A stretch of 64,000 nt of DNA from an uncultured delta proteobacterium. Its GTDB lineage: Bacteria > Myxococcota_A > Polyangia > Polyangiales > Polyangiaceae. Of this stretch, positions 48,319 through 57,463 are shown in pieces. The first letter of the stretch is position 1. Each line of letters opens with the position of its first letter. The DNA is taken from contig CAWDXG010000004.1 in the NCBI GenBank assembly GCA_963806225.1, forward strand, positions 2,432,001 through 2,496,000, read 5' to 3'. Both the position numbers and the translations under genes were made by a program. The notes under the pieces were generated by a model. The model had not been told where the DNA came from. It ran no database searches and saw nothing but the letters and a program-made list of their open reading frames with translations.

Positions 48319-48918
48319 TCACCGCGTGACGCTCGCTCCGATCTTCTCGAGCTCCGTGCGCGTGTCGAGGTCCTCCACGACGCCTGGGTCGTCCACCGTC
48401 ACAGTGACGCGATCGCCGGCCGTCTGCAGGACGTCCCGCGTGACCGCGGTCGGGTCCGCGTCCAGGATGGTGTCGAAGGCGGCGTGGTCGACCACGAAGG
48501 GATGACCGCGCCGACCGCCGTAGCCGGGTTGCAGCACCACGCCCCGCCCCTGGGCGTGAGCCGCAAGCAGCGCCGAGACCGTCTCCGGTCGCACGCTCGG
48601 ATGATCAACGAGCGCGACCACCCAGGAGTCCGCGTCCCGCGTCGCGCCGAGAGCGAGCTGCAGCGAGTGCAGCATCCCGAGCCCGGGCTCGGGGTTTTCA
48701 ACCACCGTGTACCGGCCGCCGAGCGCGCTCTCGATGGCCGCTTGATGCGGCGGCCCGACCACGACGACGACCCGCTCGCAGCCACCCGCGACGAGCGTGT
48801 CCGAGATGATGTGCACCAGCGCGCGACCGTCGATCTCGGCCAGAGCCTTGATCGACCCCGCGCGTCGCGACGCTCCGGCAGCCAGGACGATGCCGACCGC
48901 GCCGCCGGGCGCCGTCAC
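48319..48918 (-). CDS. mocA: Molybdenum cofactor cytidylyltransferase (MocA-like nucleotidyltransferase)
   Basis: VLAAGASRRAG, NPEPGLGMLHSL, LVDHP, GRRGHP, DLDT; GTGA-coupled to hcrB. Confidence 0.8.
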   Translation of the reverse strand: MTAPGGAVGIVLAAGASRRAGSIKALAEIDGRALVHIISDTLVAGGCERVVVVVGPPHQAAIESALGGRYTVVENPEPGLGMLHSLQLALGATRDADSWVVALVDHPSVRPETVSALLAAHAQGRGVVLQPGYGGRRGHPFVVDHAAFDTILDADPTAVTRDVLQTAGDRVTVTVDDPGVVEDLDTRTELEKIGASVTR

Positions 48919-49949
48919 GCCAGGGCCCGCACGCCGTCTCCCGGCGCATCGGGACGGCCCGCGGCGGACAGCGCCTGCCGCACCAGCACGGGCACCATGT
49001 CGCGGCGGTAGTCCGGATCGCCCGGAATGTTCGCCATCGGATGGCACTGCCGGAACGCCTGATCGGCAACGCGCACCGCGCCGCTGTCGAAGGCGGACGT
49101 GCCCGGCTTCTTTCCGGACAGCGCGTCCGCCACGTTCTTGACGCGGATGGGCCTGGCCTGCAGCGCGACCAGGACCACGTCGGCATCCTCCACCTCGCCG
49201 GACGCGGCCAGATCGAGCCGCACCGCAACGCCGAGCTGCGGAAAATCGATCGCTGCACGATCGCGCAGCTTTCGATACGCGCCGCGATGGCCGTGATGCT
49301 GCGGCGGCACGCGGACTTCAACCAGGATCTCGTCGGCGGCGACGTGCTTGTTGGCGATGCCGTCGCTCTTCCACAGATCCTCGATGGCAACGTCGCGGCG
49401 CCCGCCCTGCCCTTCGAACACCAACCGCGCGCCCAGTGTGGTGAGCGCGGGCACGCTGTCGTTGCTGGCCGCCGCGACGCATTTCCGCCCGCCCGGAACC
49501 ACGTGACAGACCGTACCGTCCTTCTTCAAGCAGTAGCCCAGCGATTTGCGCCAGAAGCGGCTCTGGTTGTACCAGCGGCAGCGCGTGTCGAGCATCACAT
49601 TGCCGCCCAGCGTGCCGCTACGGCGGAGCTGCGGACTCGAGATCTGCGCAGTGGCTTCGGCGAGCGCGGGCGCACGGCGCTTCACGTCCTCGCTCGCAGC
49701 CACCGCGTCGAGGCTGTTCATGGCGCCGATCACGAGCGTGCCGTCGCTCTCGACACGGAGCGCACCGAGCTCGTCGATACCGCCGAGCGCCACGACCAGC
49801 TTCGGCTCGAGCAGCCGATGCTTCATGTTCGGCAGCAGATCCGTGCCGCCGGCGATCAGCGTCACGTCGGGGGCGTGATCGACCAGCAGCTGGATGGCCT
49901 CGCGCACGCTTGTGGGCTGGGCGATGTCGAACCGGGGTAGGCGCAGCAT
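48915..49949 (-). CDS. hcrB: 4-hydroxybenzoyl-CoA reductase-like FAD subunit with [4Fe-4S] insertion
   Basis: AGGTDLLPNMK; four-Cys insertion DTRCRWYNQS.FWR....CLK..G..CHV......C; KLRDRAAIDFP. Confidence 0.82.
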   Translation of the reverse strand: MLRLPRFDIAQPTSVREAIQLLVDHAPDVTLIAGGTDLLPNMKHRLLEPKLVVALGGIDELGALRVESDGTLVIGAMNSLDAVAASEDVKRRAPALAEATAQISSPQLRRSGTLGGNVMLDTRCRWYNQSRFWRKSLGYCLKKDGTVCHVVPGGRKCVAAASNDSVPALTTLGARLVFEGQGGRRDVAIEDLWKSDGIANKHVAADEILVEVRVPPQHHGHRGAYRKLRDRAAIDFPQLGVAVRLDLAASGEVEDADVVLVALQARPIRVKNVADALSGKKPGTSAFDSGAVRVADQAFRQCHPMANIPGDPDYRRDMVPVLVRQALSAAGRPDAPGDGVRALA

Positions 49950-52315
49950 CACTCGGCTCCCGGGATCGCGACCTGGACCTGTCCCTGCTCCTGCTTCGCG
50001 GAGCGCTCGCTGAGCGCGGCGAGCACCCGCGCCGGCGAGAGTGGCAGCTTCGTGAGCCGGATGCCGACGGCGTCGAACACGGCGTTGGAGATCGCCGGCA
50101 GCACCGGATGCAGCGGTCCTTCGCCGGCTTCCTTGGCGCCATAAGGGCCTTCCGGATCGATGCTCTCCACGATCAGCGAGTGGATCTCCGGCGTGTCGAG
50201 CGAGGTGGGGATGCGGTAGTCGAGCAGCGACGGCCCACGGTGCAGCCCCTTGTCGTCGACGCCGTGTTCCTCCATCAGCGCCTCGGCCAGACCCATGTAG
50301 ACCGATCCTTCCATCTGTCCGGCCACCAGCACGGGGTTCAGCGCACGGCCGCAATCATGCGCGACCCACACGTTGTGGATGTCGATACGGCCGGTCTCCG
50401 TGTCGACGCTGGCGTCGACGACGTGCGCCGTGAACGAGTAGGCCGGCGAAGCGCCGATGGTGCCGCCGCGGTAGTTCCCGCCGAGTTGGGGAGTATTGTA
50501 CGAACCGGTAGCGCCGAGCGTATCGAACCGCGCCTCGGCGATGCGGATCGCGTCGCGCGTGCTCATGCGGTGGTCGACGTCGTTCACGTCGATCACCTCG
50601 CCGAGCGACATCAGCACGCGGTCAGGCGCCACCTGCCACTCGGCGGCGACGGCGTCGACCAGCTTTTCCTTGACCTTGCGGCAGGCGTCGATGGTCGCGT
50701 TGCCCACCATGAACGTCACGCGGCTCGAGTACGCGCCGAGATCCACCGGACACAGATCCGTGTCGGCCGCGAACACGCGGATGCTCGCCGGGTCGAGCCC
50801 CAGCTCCTCGGCAACGATGCTGCGCACCATGCTGCTCGAACCCTGCCCGATGTCGTTGCCACCGGTGAACACAGTCACGAGCCCCGAGCGATCCAGCTTG
50901 AGCTGGATGCCCGCCTGCGGCATCTCGTTCGGATAGATCGGGTAGTTGGTGCCGGTGATGTACATGGACGCGGCCACGCCGAGCCCGTGTCCGAACGGCA
51001 GCCGGCCACGACGCTCCTTCCAGCCACTGGCCTGCTCCACCGCGTCGAGGCACTGGCGAAGACCGCTGGACGTGATGCGCTGTCCGTTCACCGTCTCGGT
51101 AGATGCGCCCTGGTAGTTGATGCGCCGGATCTCGATCGGGTCGATATCGAGCTTTTCCGCCAGCGTGTCGAGCTGGACCTCGAAGGCGAAACGCGGCTGC
51201 ACCGAGCCGTGACCGCGCTTCGGACCGCACGGCGGCTTGTTCGTGAACACGCGCGTCGAGTCGAAGCGGTACGAGGGAAAGTCGTACGGACCGGTGAGCA
51301 GCTGCCCCGAGTAGTAGGTCGTAACGAGGCCGTAGGAGCTGTACGAGCCGCCATCGATGAGGATCTTCGCGTCCACACCGAGCACGCGCCCATCCTTCTT
51401 CGCGGCAGTGCGGTAGTGCATCTGCATCGGGTGGCGGCCGCGGTGCGCGTAGAAGACCTCTTCGCGCGTCCACAACATCTTCACGGGTCGCCCGGTCAGC
51501 ATCGCGAGCTTGGCGACGCAGAACTCCAGGCTGAACGGGTCCGACTTCCCGCCGAAGGCTCCGCCCAGGCAGGGTTGGATCACGCGGATCTGCGATTCGG
51601 GCAGCTCCAGCACGCGCGCCAGGGCGCGGTGCAGGTAGTGTGTGATCTGAGTGGCGGACCAGACGGTGAGCACGCCATCGGCATCGTAGCGAGCCACCGC
51701 GCAGTGCGGCTCGATCGCCGTGTGCGTCGTGCCGTGGAACGCGTAGTCGCCTTCCACCACAACGTCGGCGTCGGAGAGCGCGGCGTCCACGTCGCCGAAC
51801 TCGAGCTTCACGTTCTTGGAGACGTTGCCGTGCTTGCTCGGCTCGTGGATCGGCGGGTCGTGGCGGACCAGCGCTTCTTCGGGATCGAGGTACGGGTGCA
51901 GCACCTCGTACTCGACCGAGATGAGCTCGAGCGCGTCGAGGGCCGTGTCCTCGTCCACGGCAGCCACCGCAGCGACCTCGTCGCCGATGAAGCGGACCTT
52001 GTCGACCGCCAGCGCGGTCTCGTCCATGGTCCATGGGATGATGCCGTAACGTATCGGCAGATCGCGGCCCGTAATGACCGCGTGGACACCTTCCAGCGCC
52101 AGCGCGCGCGACGCGTCGATCGACACGATCCTCGCGTGGGGATGCGGGCTGCGCAGCGTCGCCGCATGCAGCATGCCCGGCAGCTGGATGTCGTCCGTAT
52201 AGACCGCCGTGCCAGTGGCCTTGCTCAGCCCGTCGACCTTGCGCTGGGGCTTGCCCACGACCTTGAACTGCTTGCCCCAGGGAGGCTCCGGTCCGTGCCT
52301 GTCGCGCGCCGCCAT
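49949..52315 (-). CDS. hcrA: 4-hydroxybenzoyl-CoA reductase-like Mo-MCD large subunit (xanthine oxidase family)
   Basis: GGAFGG, PPCGPKRGHG, DIGQGS, GAYSSRVT, GAKEAGEG (HcrA-type rather than GAKGVGE). Confidence 0.8.
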   Translation of the reverse strand: MAARDRHGPEPPWGKQFKVVGKPQRKVDGLSKATGTAVYTDDIQLPGMLHAATLRSPHPHARIVSIDASRALALEGVHAVITGRDLPIRYGIIPWTMDETALAVDKVRFIGDEVAAVAAVDEDTALDALELISVEYEVLHPYLDPEEALVRHDPPIHEPSKHGNVSKNVKLEFGDVDAALSDADVVVEGDYAFHGTTHTAIEPHCAVARYDADGVLTVWSATQITHYLHRALARVLELPESQIRVIQPCLGGAFGGKSDPFSLEFCVAKLAMLTGRPVKMLWTREEVFYAHRGRHPMQMHYRTAAKKDGRVLGVDAKILIDGGSYSSYGLVTTYYSGQLLTGPYDFPSYRFDSTRVFTNKPPCGPKRGHGSVQPRFAFEVQLDTLAEKLDIDPIEIRRINYQGASTETVNGQRITSSGLRQCLDAVEQASGWKERRGRLPFGHGLGVAASMYITGTNYPIYPNEMPQAGIQLKLDRSGLVTVFTGGNDIGQGSSSMVRSIVAEELGLDPASIRVFAADTDLCPVDLGAYSSRVTFMVGNATIDACRKVKEKLVDAVAAEWQVAPDRVLMSLGEVIDVNDVDHRMSTRDAIRIAEARFDTLGATGSYNTPQLGGNYRGGTIGASPAYSFTAHVVDASVDTETGRIDIHNVWVAHDCGRALNPVLVAGQMEGSVYMGLAEALMEEHGVDDKGLHRGPSLLDYRIPTSLDTPEIHSLIVESIDPEGPYGAKEAGEGPLHPVLPAISNAVFDAVGIRLTKLPLSPARVLAALSERSAKQEQGQVQVAIPGAE

Positions 52316-52317
52316 CG

Positions 52318-52884
52318 CTATCCGCTCCCGTTTCCGCCGGCCTTGCCGGGCTTGTCCGCCCACACGCGCCAGCCCTGCTTCGGGGCGGCGTTGCCGCGCA
52401 TCTCGGCGGCGCAGAGCTCGACGGCATCGATGATCTGCACGTAGCCCGTGCAGCGACACAGGTTGCCGGACAGCGCCTCGCGGATCTCCTGCCGCGTGGG
52501 CGACGGGTTCTTCTCGAGCAGCGCCTTGGCCGACAGCATCATCCCGGGCTGGCAGAACCCGCACTGCAGCGCACCCGAGCGATCGAATGCGTCCTGGATC
52601 GGATCAGGTCCCTCGCCTCCGGCCGCGCGATGCGCCGGCATCAGCCCCTCGATGGTCGTGATCTCGTGACCTTGCGCCAGGACGGCCAGCGTCACGCAGG
52701 ACTGCACCGGCTCGCCGTCGATCAGCACCGTGCAGGCTCCGCAGTCGCCCTTGTCGCAGCCCTGCTTGGTTCCGGTAAGCCCGAGCTTGTAGCGGAGCGC
52801 TTCGAGCAGCGTCCAATGCGGCGGCACAGCGACCTCCACACGGTCACCGTTCACACTGAGCGCTACTGTTCGCACAACTCCCAT
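52318..52884 (-). CDS. hcrC: 4-hydroxybenzoyl-CoA reductase-like 2x[2Fe-2S] subunit
   Basis: GTKQGCDKGDCGACTV, QCGFCQPG, GNLCRCTGY; GGAGG RBS before ATG 52884. Confidence 0.85.
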   Translation of the reverse strand: MGVVRTVALSVNGDRVEVAVPPHWTLLEALRYKLGLTGTKQGCDKGDCGACTVLIDGEPVQSCVTLAVLAQGHEITTIEGLMPAHRAAGGEGPDPIQDAFDRSGALQCGFCQPGMMLSAKALLEKNPSPTRQEIREALSGNLCRCTGYVQIIDAVELCAAEMRGNAAPKQGWRVWADKPGKAGGNGSG

Positions 52885-52949
52885 GCTGGACCTCCGGCCA
52901 TCGGGGGCAGACCCCGAACCTAGCGCGGTTTTCCGGCCCGCGTGGAGGT

Positions 52950-53184
52950 CTGGCTGCGACATTTCGGGGCCCTTGCCAGCGCTTGCGGGCGTCTTTGTCG
53001 GTCTCGCCGAAATTTTCCGCCTCGAACCGCCGCTTCGGGCCTCCTTTTTGTCGGCCAGACCGACATTTCCGGCCCCTTGCCATGGTTTCGGAGCCATTTT
53101 GTCGGTCTTGCCGACATTTTCGGCCTGAAGCCGCAGCATCAAGCTGTCTTTGTCGGCCAGGCCGACTTCGCCGGCCGCTTGCCA
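52950..53184. repeat. Intergenic array of TTTGTCGG-N5-CCGAC(ATTT) palindromes, ~51-bp period, alternating A/B units
   Basis: Cores start at 52997, 53050, 53101 and 53152, with a degenerate copy ending near 52960; alternate linkers resemble each other. Confidence 0.8.
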
Positions 53185-53245
53185 CAGCTTGCGGCCCCTC
53201 TCGGCCTCTCGATGACTTCTACCGGGACTAGCGTCCGGCCTTCCA

Positions 53246-56200
53246 TCAACCGTCAATCTCCCAAGCCCGCGCCAGCTCGCTCACGCCGGCGTTCTCCGGC
53301 ACCTGCTCGAGGAACGAACGCCTGAGCGCGTCGTCCTCGATGGCTGCGGCCCGCGCCGAGAGTCGCTCGTACGCAGTGCGCAGCACCTCCCGCGCCTGGT
53401 CGTGCTCACCGAGCTCGTCGAGCGCCTTGGCGCGGCAGAGCCTGAGGGCCAGCTCGCCGTCCGCGCTCCCGCCGAGCTCGTCGAGCAGCTCCATGCCGAG
53501 CCCGGTCGTGGCGACGGCCCGGTCCACGTCTCCGGACCCGAGCTCGGCCTCGGCGCGCCGCGCCAGCGCGTGGACCCGTACGGGAGGGAAGGGTTCGAGC
53601 AGCTCCGCGGCACGACGGGCAGCTTCATGCGCTTCTGGGACCTGAACTTGCGCGAGCCGCAGCCCCGCCAGATGGCTGAGCGCTCCGCCCTGCATGCGGC
53701 GGTCACCTTGAGCTTCGAGCATGGCCACAGCAGCGACGAGTAGCTCGCGCGCCGCATCCAGCTCGCCGAGCCGCGTCAGCACGTAGCCGAGGTTGGTCTT
53801 CGCGGCCGCAACCACATTCGGCAGACCGAGCTCCTCGGCCAGATCGTGTGCCGCGCGCAGATGCTCCTCGGCCTCGGCAAACGCGCCGAGCTCGTAGCTG
53901 CCGTGACCCGCGTTGTGACGCTGGATGGCGGCGTTGCGCCGATCGCCCATGCGCGCAAACGTCTCGCTCGCGAGCTTCGACCAGGTCGCGTAGTGCTCGG
54001 TCTCTCCCCGGTACAGAGCCCGGGACGCCTTGCTCGTCAGCCAGCGTGCTCGCGTCACGGGGTCGGCGCACGAGGGCGAGTCGGCGACGCCCTCGAGCTG
54101 CTCGAATAGCGGATCGGCCGCTTCGAAGCGTCCGGTGTGGGTGAGAACGACGGCGACGCGGGAAGCGGCTTCCATCAGAGCCGGTGTCGGCTGGTCCCAG
54201 CAGGGCAATGCGAGCAGAAGCCCGGCGATCTCCACGACTCGATCCAGGTCGCCGGTCTGCTGGCAGGCGCTGACGACGACGAAGATGGAACGGAACCAGT
54301 CCGGCGTATGCGGCGCGAGTGCGCCCAGAGCGCGTTCACCTGCCACCTCGGCGTCCCGGTACTCGCCGCGCCACAGGTGCGCCTCGGCCTCGAGTCTCAA
54401 AAGCTCCGCGAGCTCGGTGGCGCTGCCGGAACGCGTGACCACCGAAGCCCGCGCACTGGCGACGGCGACCAGCGCGGTCTCGAAATCGTTGCCGTCGATC
54501 GCATCCTGGGCCGCCAGCCGATACCACTCGAGCGCGCGTTCGGCGTCGCCGCCCTTGTCGAAGTGGCCAGCGAGCGCCAGCTTGTCGGGCTCGCCGTTTC
54601 CCTGGAGCCAGCCACCCGCGGCAAGATGGCCGCGCGCGCGATCTTCCGGCGTGAGCATGGCATAGGCGGCCTCGGCCACCAGCGCGTGGCGGAATGCGTA
54701 TTCCACCTCGCCGGGAAAGCGGCTCCGGTAGCGTGGCGTCACGACCTCGCGTTCGACCAGCAGGTCCAGCCACTCGCGGATGTCCACCGCATCCAGACTG
54801 CGACCGACAAGCCCGCTCACGGCTCCCAGCCAGAACGCCTTGCCGAACACGCTGGCCGCGCGAAGCGTGCGGCGGGCCGCATCCGGCAACGCCTCGAGCC
54901 GCATCTGCAGCATGGCCAGCACACTATCCGGCAGTTGATCGCTGTTGCCTTCGCCCACGGCGCGGATGAGCTCCTCGAGGAAGAAGGCATTCCCGTCGGC
55001 ACGCTTCACCAGGGTCTTCAGCGTTGCCTCGTCCAGTGATTCGCCCAGCGCCTCGCGCACGAGCTTCTCCGCGGCACGGCGCGTCAGCCCGCCGAGCGCT
55101 ATCTCCTGCGGCTCGCGCCCGGACCACAGCCCGGGGAAGCGCTCGTGCACCTCGGGTCGCGCCAGCGCCAACACCATGAACGGCTGCTCGGCTGCAGCCC
55201 GGAGAGCCGCATCCACCAGTTTGACCGACGGCAGATCGCCCCAATGCAGGTCCTCGAGCACGAGCAGTACCGGCTCCGCGCGGCACTCGGCCAGGACGAG
55301 CTCCTCCCAGGCGCGGCGCATCTGGTCACCCATCAGGATGGGATCGCGCCGCGCCGCCATGAGCTCGGCGCTGGTGTCGTCCGACGGGACGCGGGCTATT
55401 TCACCCAGGAACCTGGCCACGCGTTCCACCGAACCGGCCGGCACGTGGCGCCCGACCCGCGCGTGGAGCCGCTCCCGTGAAGCAGCGGGAGGCTCGCCGT
55501 CGAGCAGCCCGGCGAACTGCCGGATCAGCCGACCCAGAAGCCCGAAGGGCGAGCCGGCGCTCGACGGATCGGCGCGCGCCAGCCAGCTCTGGTAGGTCGT
55601 GTCGCGCTGGTGCAGCCGCCGCTGGAGCTCGTAGCGCACCCGCGACTTGCCGACGCCGGCGGGGCCCGTGACGAGCGCGACCCGCGCCATGGGCTCTTCG
55701 AGACACTCGTCGACGAGACCCATCAGGAAACCCAGCTCGCGCTCGCGCCCCACGGTCGGCGTCGGCTTGCCGAGCAGCTGCCGGAGCTCCTCCGTCTCGG
55801 CCCGCTCGCGCTCCAGCCGGACCACTCCGCGCTCGCTCGTCGTCACGGAAAAGCGGGCATCGATGAGGCCTGCCGTGACCGAGTCCACGCACACTTCGCC
55901 GGGCGTGAGCCGGTCCACCAGCGCCGCGGCGCCTTCGATCACTTGTCCCAGAGGCACGCGTGGGCCGATCACCGCGCGACCGGTGGCCAGTCCGATTCTC
56001 GCTTCGGGGACGATCGCGCGCACGGCGAGCGCGCAGCGCGCTGCGCGGCACGCCAGATCCGTGGCGGAGCCGCCGCCGCCCAGCGCTATCACGAGCGAAC
56101 CGTCGCGCAGTGGCTCGAGACGCCCCTCGACGGAGGCGACCGCAGCCTGCAACGAGCGCGCGACGCGACTGTCCTCCTCGTCGTCGTGCAGCGGTCGCTC

Positions 56201-57178
56201 CACAAGGGTCACGTCCGAACTGGTGAGCTCGATCGAGGGACCGGCGCCCACGTCGCCGGAAACCGCAGTCAAGGCGTCGCAGGCCAGAAGCACGCACACG
56301 ACCCGTCGCTCGGCCCCGGTGATGATCCCCGACGGCCGCCGGGGCGCTTCGTTCGACGCTTCATCGAGATCCAATCGCGTCAGCGAGGCCGCCAGCTCGG
56401 CCAGATCGGAAGGCCGCTCATCCGGCTCCTTTGCCAGCATGCACGTCACCAACTCGTCGAGCTCTGGCGGCAGCTCGGGGCGGAAGTCGCAGAGCCGCGG
56501 AGTATCGTCCAGGATGAGCTTCGCAAGCACGGCCAGCGGCGCCTTCGCCGAGAACGCGGCGCGACCGGTCAGGCACTGGAACAGAACGCATCCGAGCGAG
56601 AACACATCCGCCCGGCCGTCGATCTGCCGATCGCCGCGAGCCTGCTCGGGCGCCATGTAGCCCGGCGTGCCGAGCACCGCGCCGGTCAGCGTCACCAACG
56701 TGGCGGGTCCGGCAAGCCGCGCCACACCGAAGTCGAGGATCTTGGCGCGCTCGGGGCGGCCATCGACGAGCAGGATGTTGCTGGGTTTGACGTCGCGGTG
56801 CACCACGCCGCGGCCGTGCGCCATCGCCAGCGCGTCACCGAGCCGCGCGGTCATCAGGAGCGATTCGGCCGGCTCGAGCGGCTGTCGCCGCAACCGCGCC
56901 GCCAGCGTCTCGCCCTCCAGCCACTCCATCGCCAGGTAGGGCACGCTCGCGCTCGTCAGCCCGTGGTCGACGTAGCGCACAATCGCCGGATGTCTGAGCT
57001 CCGCGAGAAGCTGCGCCTCCCGAAAGAAGCGATCGCCTGGCGCCGATCCCTGGAGGATCTTGAGCGCGACGACGCTACCGCCGACGTGGTCGCGCGCTCG
57101 ATAGACCGCGCCCATGCCACCCCGGGCGGCAAGAGCTTCTATCTCGAAGCGGTCGGCGACAACGTCACCGGATTGCAC
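53246..57178 (-). CDS. Ser/Thr kinase fused to a degenerate cyclase-like region, AAA/STAND ATPase and TPR-like repeats
   Basis: RGGMGAV, HRDVKPSN, DFG, YMAPEQ; ERRVVCVLL; VGREREL, GPAGVGKSR, LEDLHW, GNAFFLEEL; helical repeat C-terminus. Confidence 0.9.
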   Translation of the reverse strand: MQSGDVVADRFEIEALAARGGMGAVYRARDHVGGSVVALKILQGSAPGDRFFREAQLLAELRHPAIVRYVDHGLTSASVPYLAMEWLEGETLAARLRRQPLEPAESLLMTARLGDALAMAHGRGVVHRDVKPSNILLVDGRPERAKILDFGVARLAGPATLVTLTGAVLGTPGYMAPEQARGDRQIDGRADVFSLGCVLFQCLTGRAAFSAKAPLAVLAKLILDDTPRLCDFRPELPPELDELVTCMLAKEPDERPSDLAELAASLTRLDLDEASNEAPRRPSGIITGAERRVVCVLLACDALTAVSGDVGAGPSIELTSSDVTLVERPLHDDEEDSRVARSLQAAVASVEGRLEPLRDGSLVIALGGGGSATDLACRAARCALAVRAIVPEARIGLATGRAVIGPRVPLGQVIEGAAALVDRLTPGEVCVDSVTAGLIDARFSVTTSERGVVRLERERAETEELRQLLGKPTPTVGRERELGFLMGLVDECLEEPMARVALVTGPAGVGKSRVRYELQRRLHQRDTTYQSWLARADPSSAGSPFGLLGRLIRQFAGLLDGEPPAASRERLHARVGRHVPAGSVERVARFLGEIARVPSDDTSAELMAARRDPILMGDQMRRAWEELVLAECRAEPVLLVLEDLHWGDLPSVKLVDAALRAAAEQPFMVLALARPEVHERFPGLWSGREPQEIALGGLTRRAAEKLVREALGESLDEATLKTLVKRADGNAFFLEELIRAVGEGNSDQLPDSVLAMLQMRLEALPDAARRTLRAASVFGKAFWLGAVSGLVGRSLDAVDIREWLDLLVEREVVTPRYRSRFPGEVEYAFRHALVAEAAYAMLTPEDRARGHLAAGGWLQGNGEPDKLALAGHFDKGGDAERALEWYRLAAQDAIDGNDFETALVAVASARASVVTRSGSATELAELLRLEAEAHLWRGEYRDAEVAGERALGALAPHTPDWFRSIFVVVSACQQTGDLDRVVEIAGLLLALPCWDQPTPALMEAASRVAVVLTHTGRFEAADPLFEQLEGVADSPSCADPVTRARWLTSKASRALYRGETEHYATWSKLASETFARMGDRRNAAIQRHNAGHGSYELGAFAEAEEHLRAAHDLAEELGLPNVVAAAKTNLGYVLTRLGELDAARELLVAAVAMLEAQGDRRMQGGALSHLAGLRLAQVQVPEAHEAARRAAELLEPFPPVRVHALARRAEAELGSGDVDRAVATTGLGMELLDELGGSADGELALRLCRAKALDELGEHDQAREVLRTAYERLSARAAAIEDDALRRSFLEQVPENAGVSELARAWEIDG

Positions 57179-57463
57179 CGATCATCCAGTATATGCGACC
57201 CGGCGGAAGAACGTGGGTTCCTTCGGTGCCTCCGGCGACGGCGGCGGAAATCGCAGGAACCTCACCACCTTCTGGGCCCGGCCGGAGCCTGAAGTCCTGA
57301 GCTTGGTCATTTCACGGTGCCGCTCGGCGCGATAGACGACGCAGATCGGCCTCCCGGAAACGGCACCGTCCCGTTCCACGGGCGAAAACAGCGACGGCTG
57401 GGTCCGCGCCGGCGCTCTGCCCCTGCGTGACGAACGAGGCTTCTTCCCGGCTCGAGGTGCACA

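Noticed and set aside
38066..52884. Recent genomic island carrying the aromatic degradation genes
   Set aside because: No integrase, tRNA, att-like repeats or visible composition shift; host-type lipoprotein genes are interleaved.
52950..53184. CRISPR mini-array interpretation of the palindromic repeats
   Set aside because: The linkers are not unique (alternate ones resemble each other), the repeats differ in their loops, and no cas genes are in the window.
52885..53256. 124-aa N-terminal extension of HcrC in the ORF track
   Set aside because: A GGAGG RBS and ATG at 52884 give a normal-length subunit; the extension crosses the repeat array and changes repeat register midway.
53246..57178. 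Kinase-STAND-TPR protein as an Avs-like antiphage system
   Set aside because: This architecture is a common expanded signalling family in myxobacteria and there is no defence-island context here.
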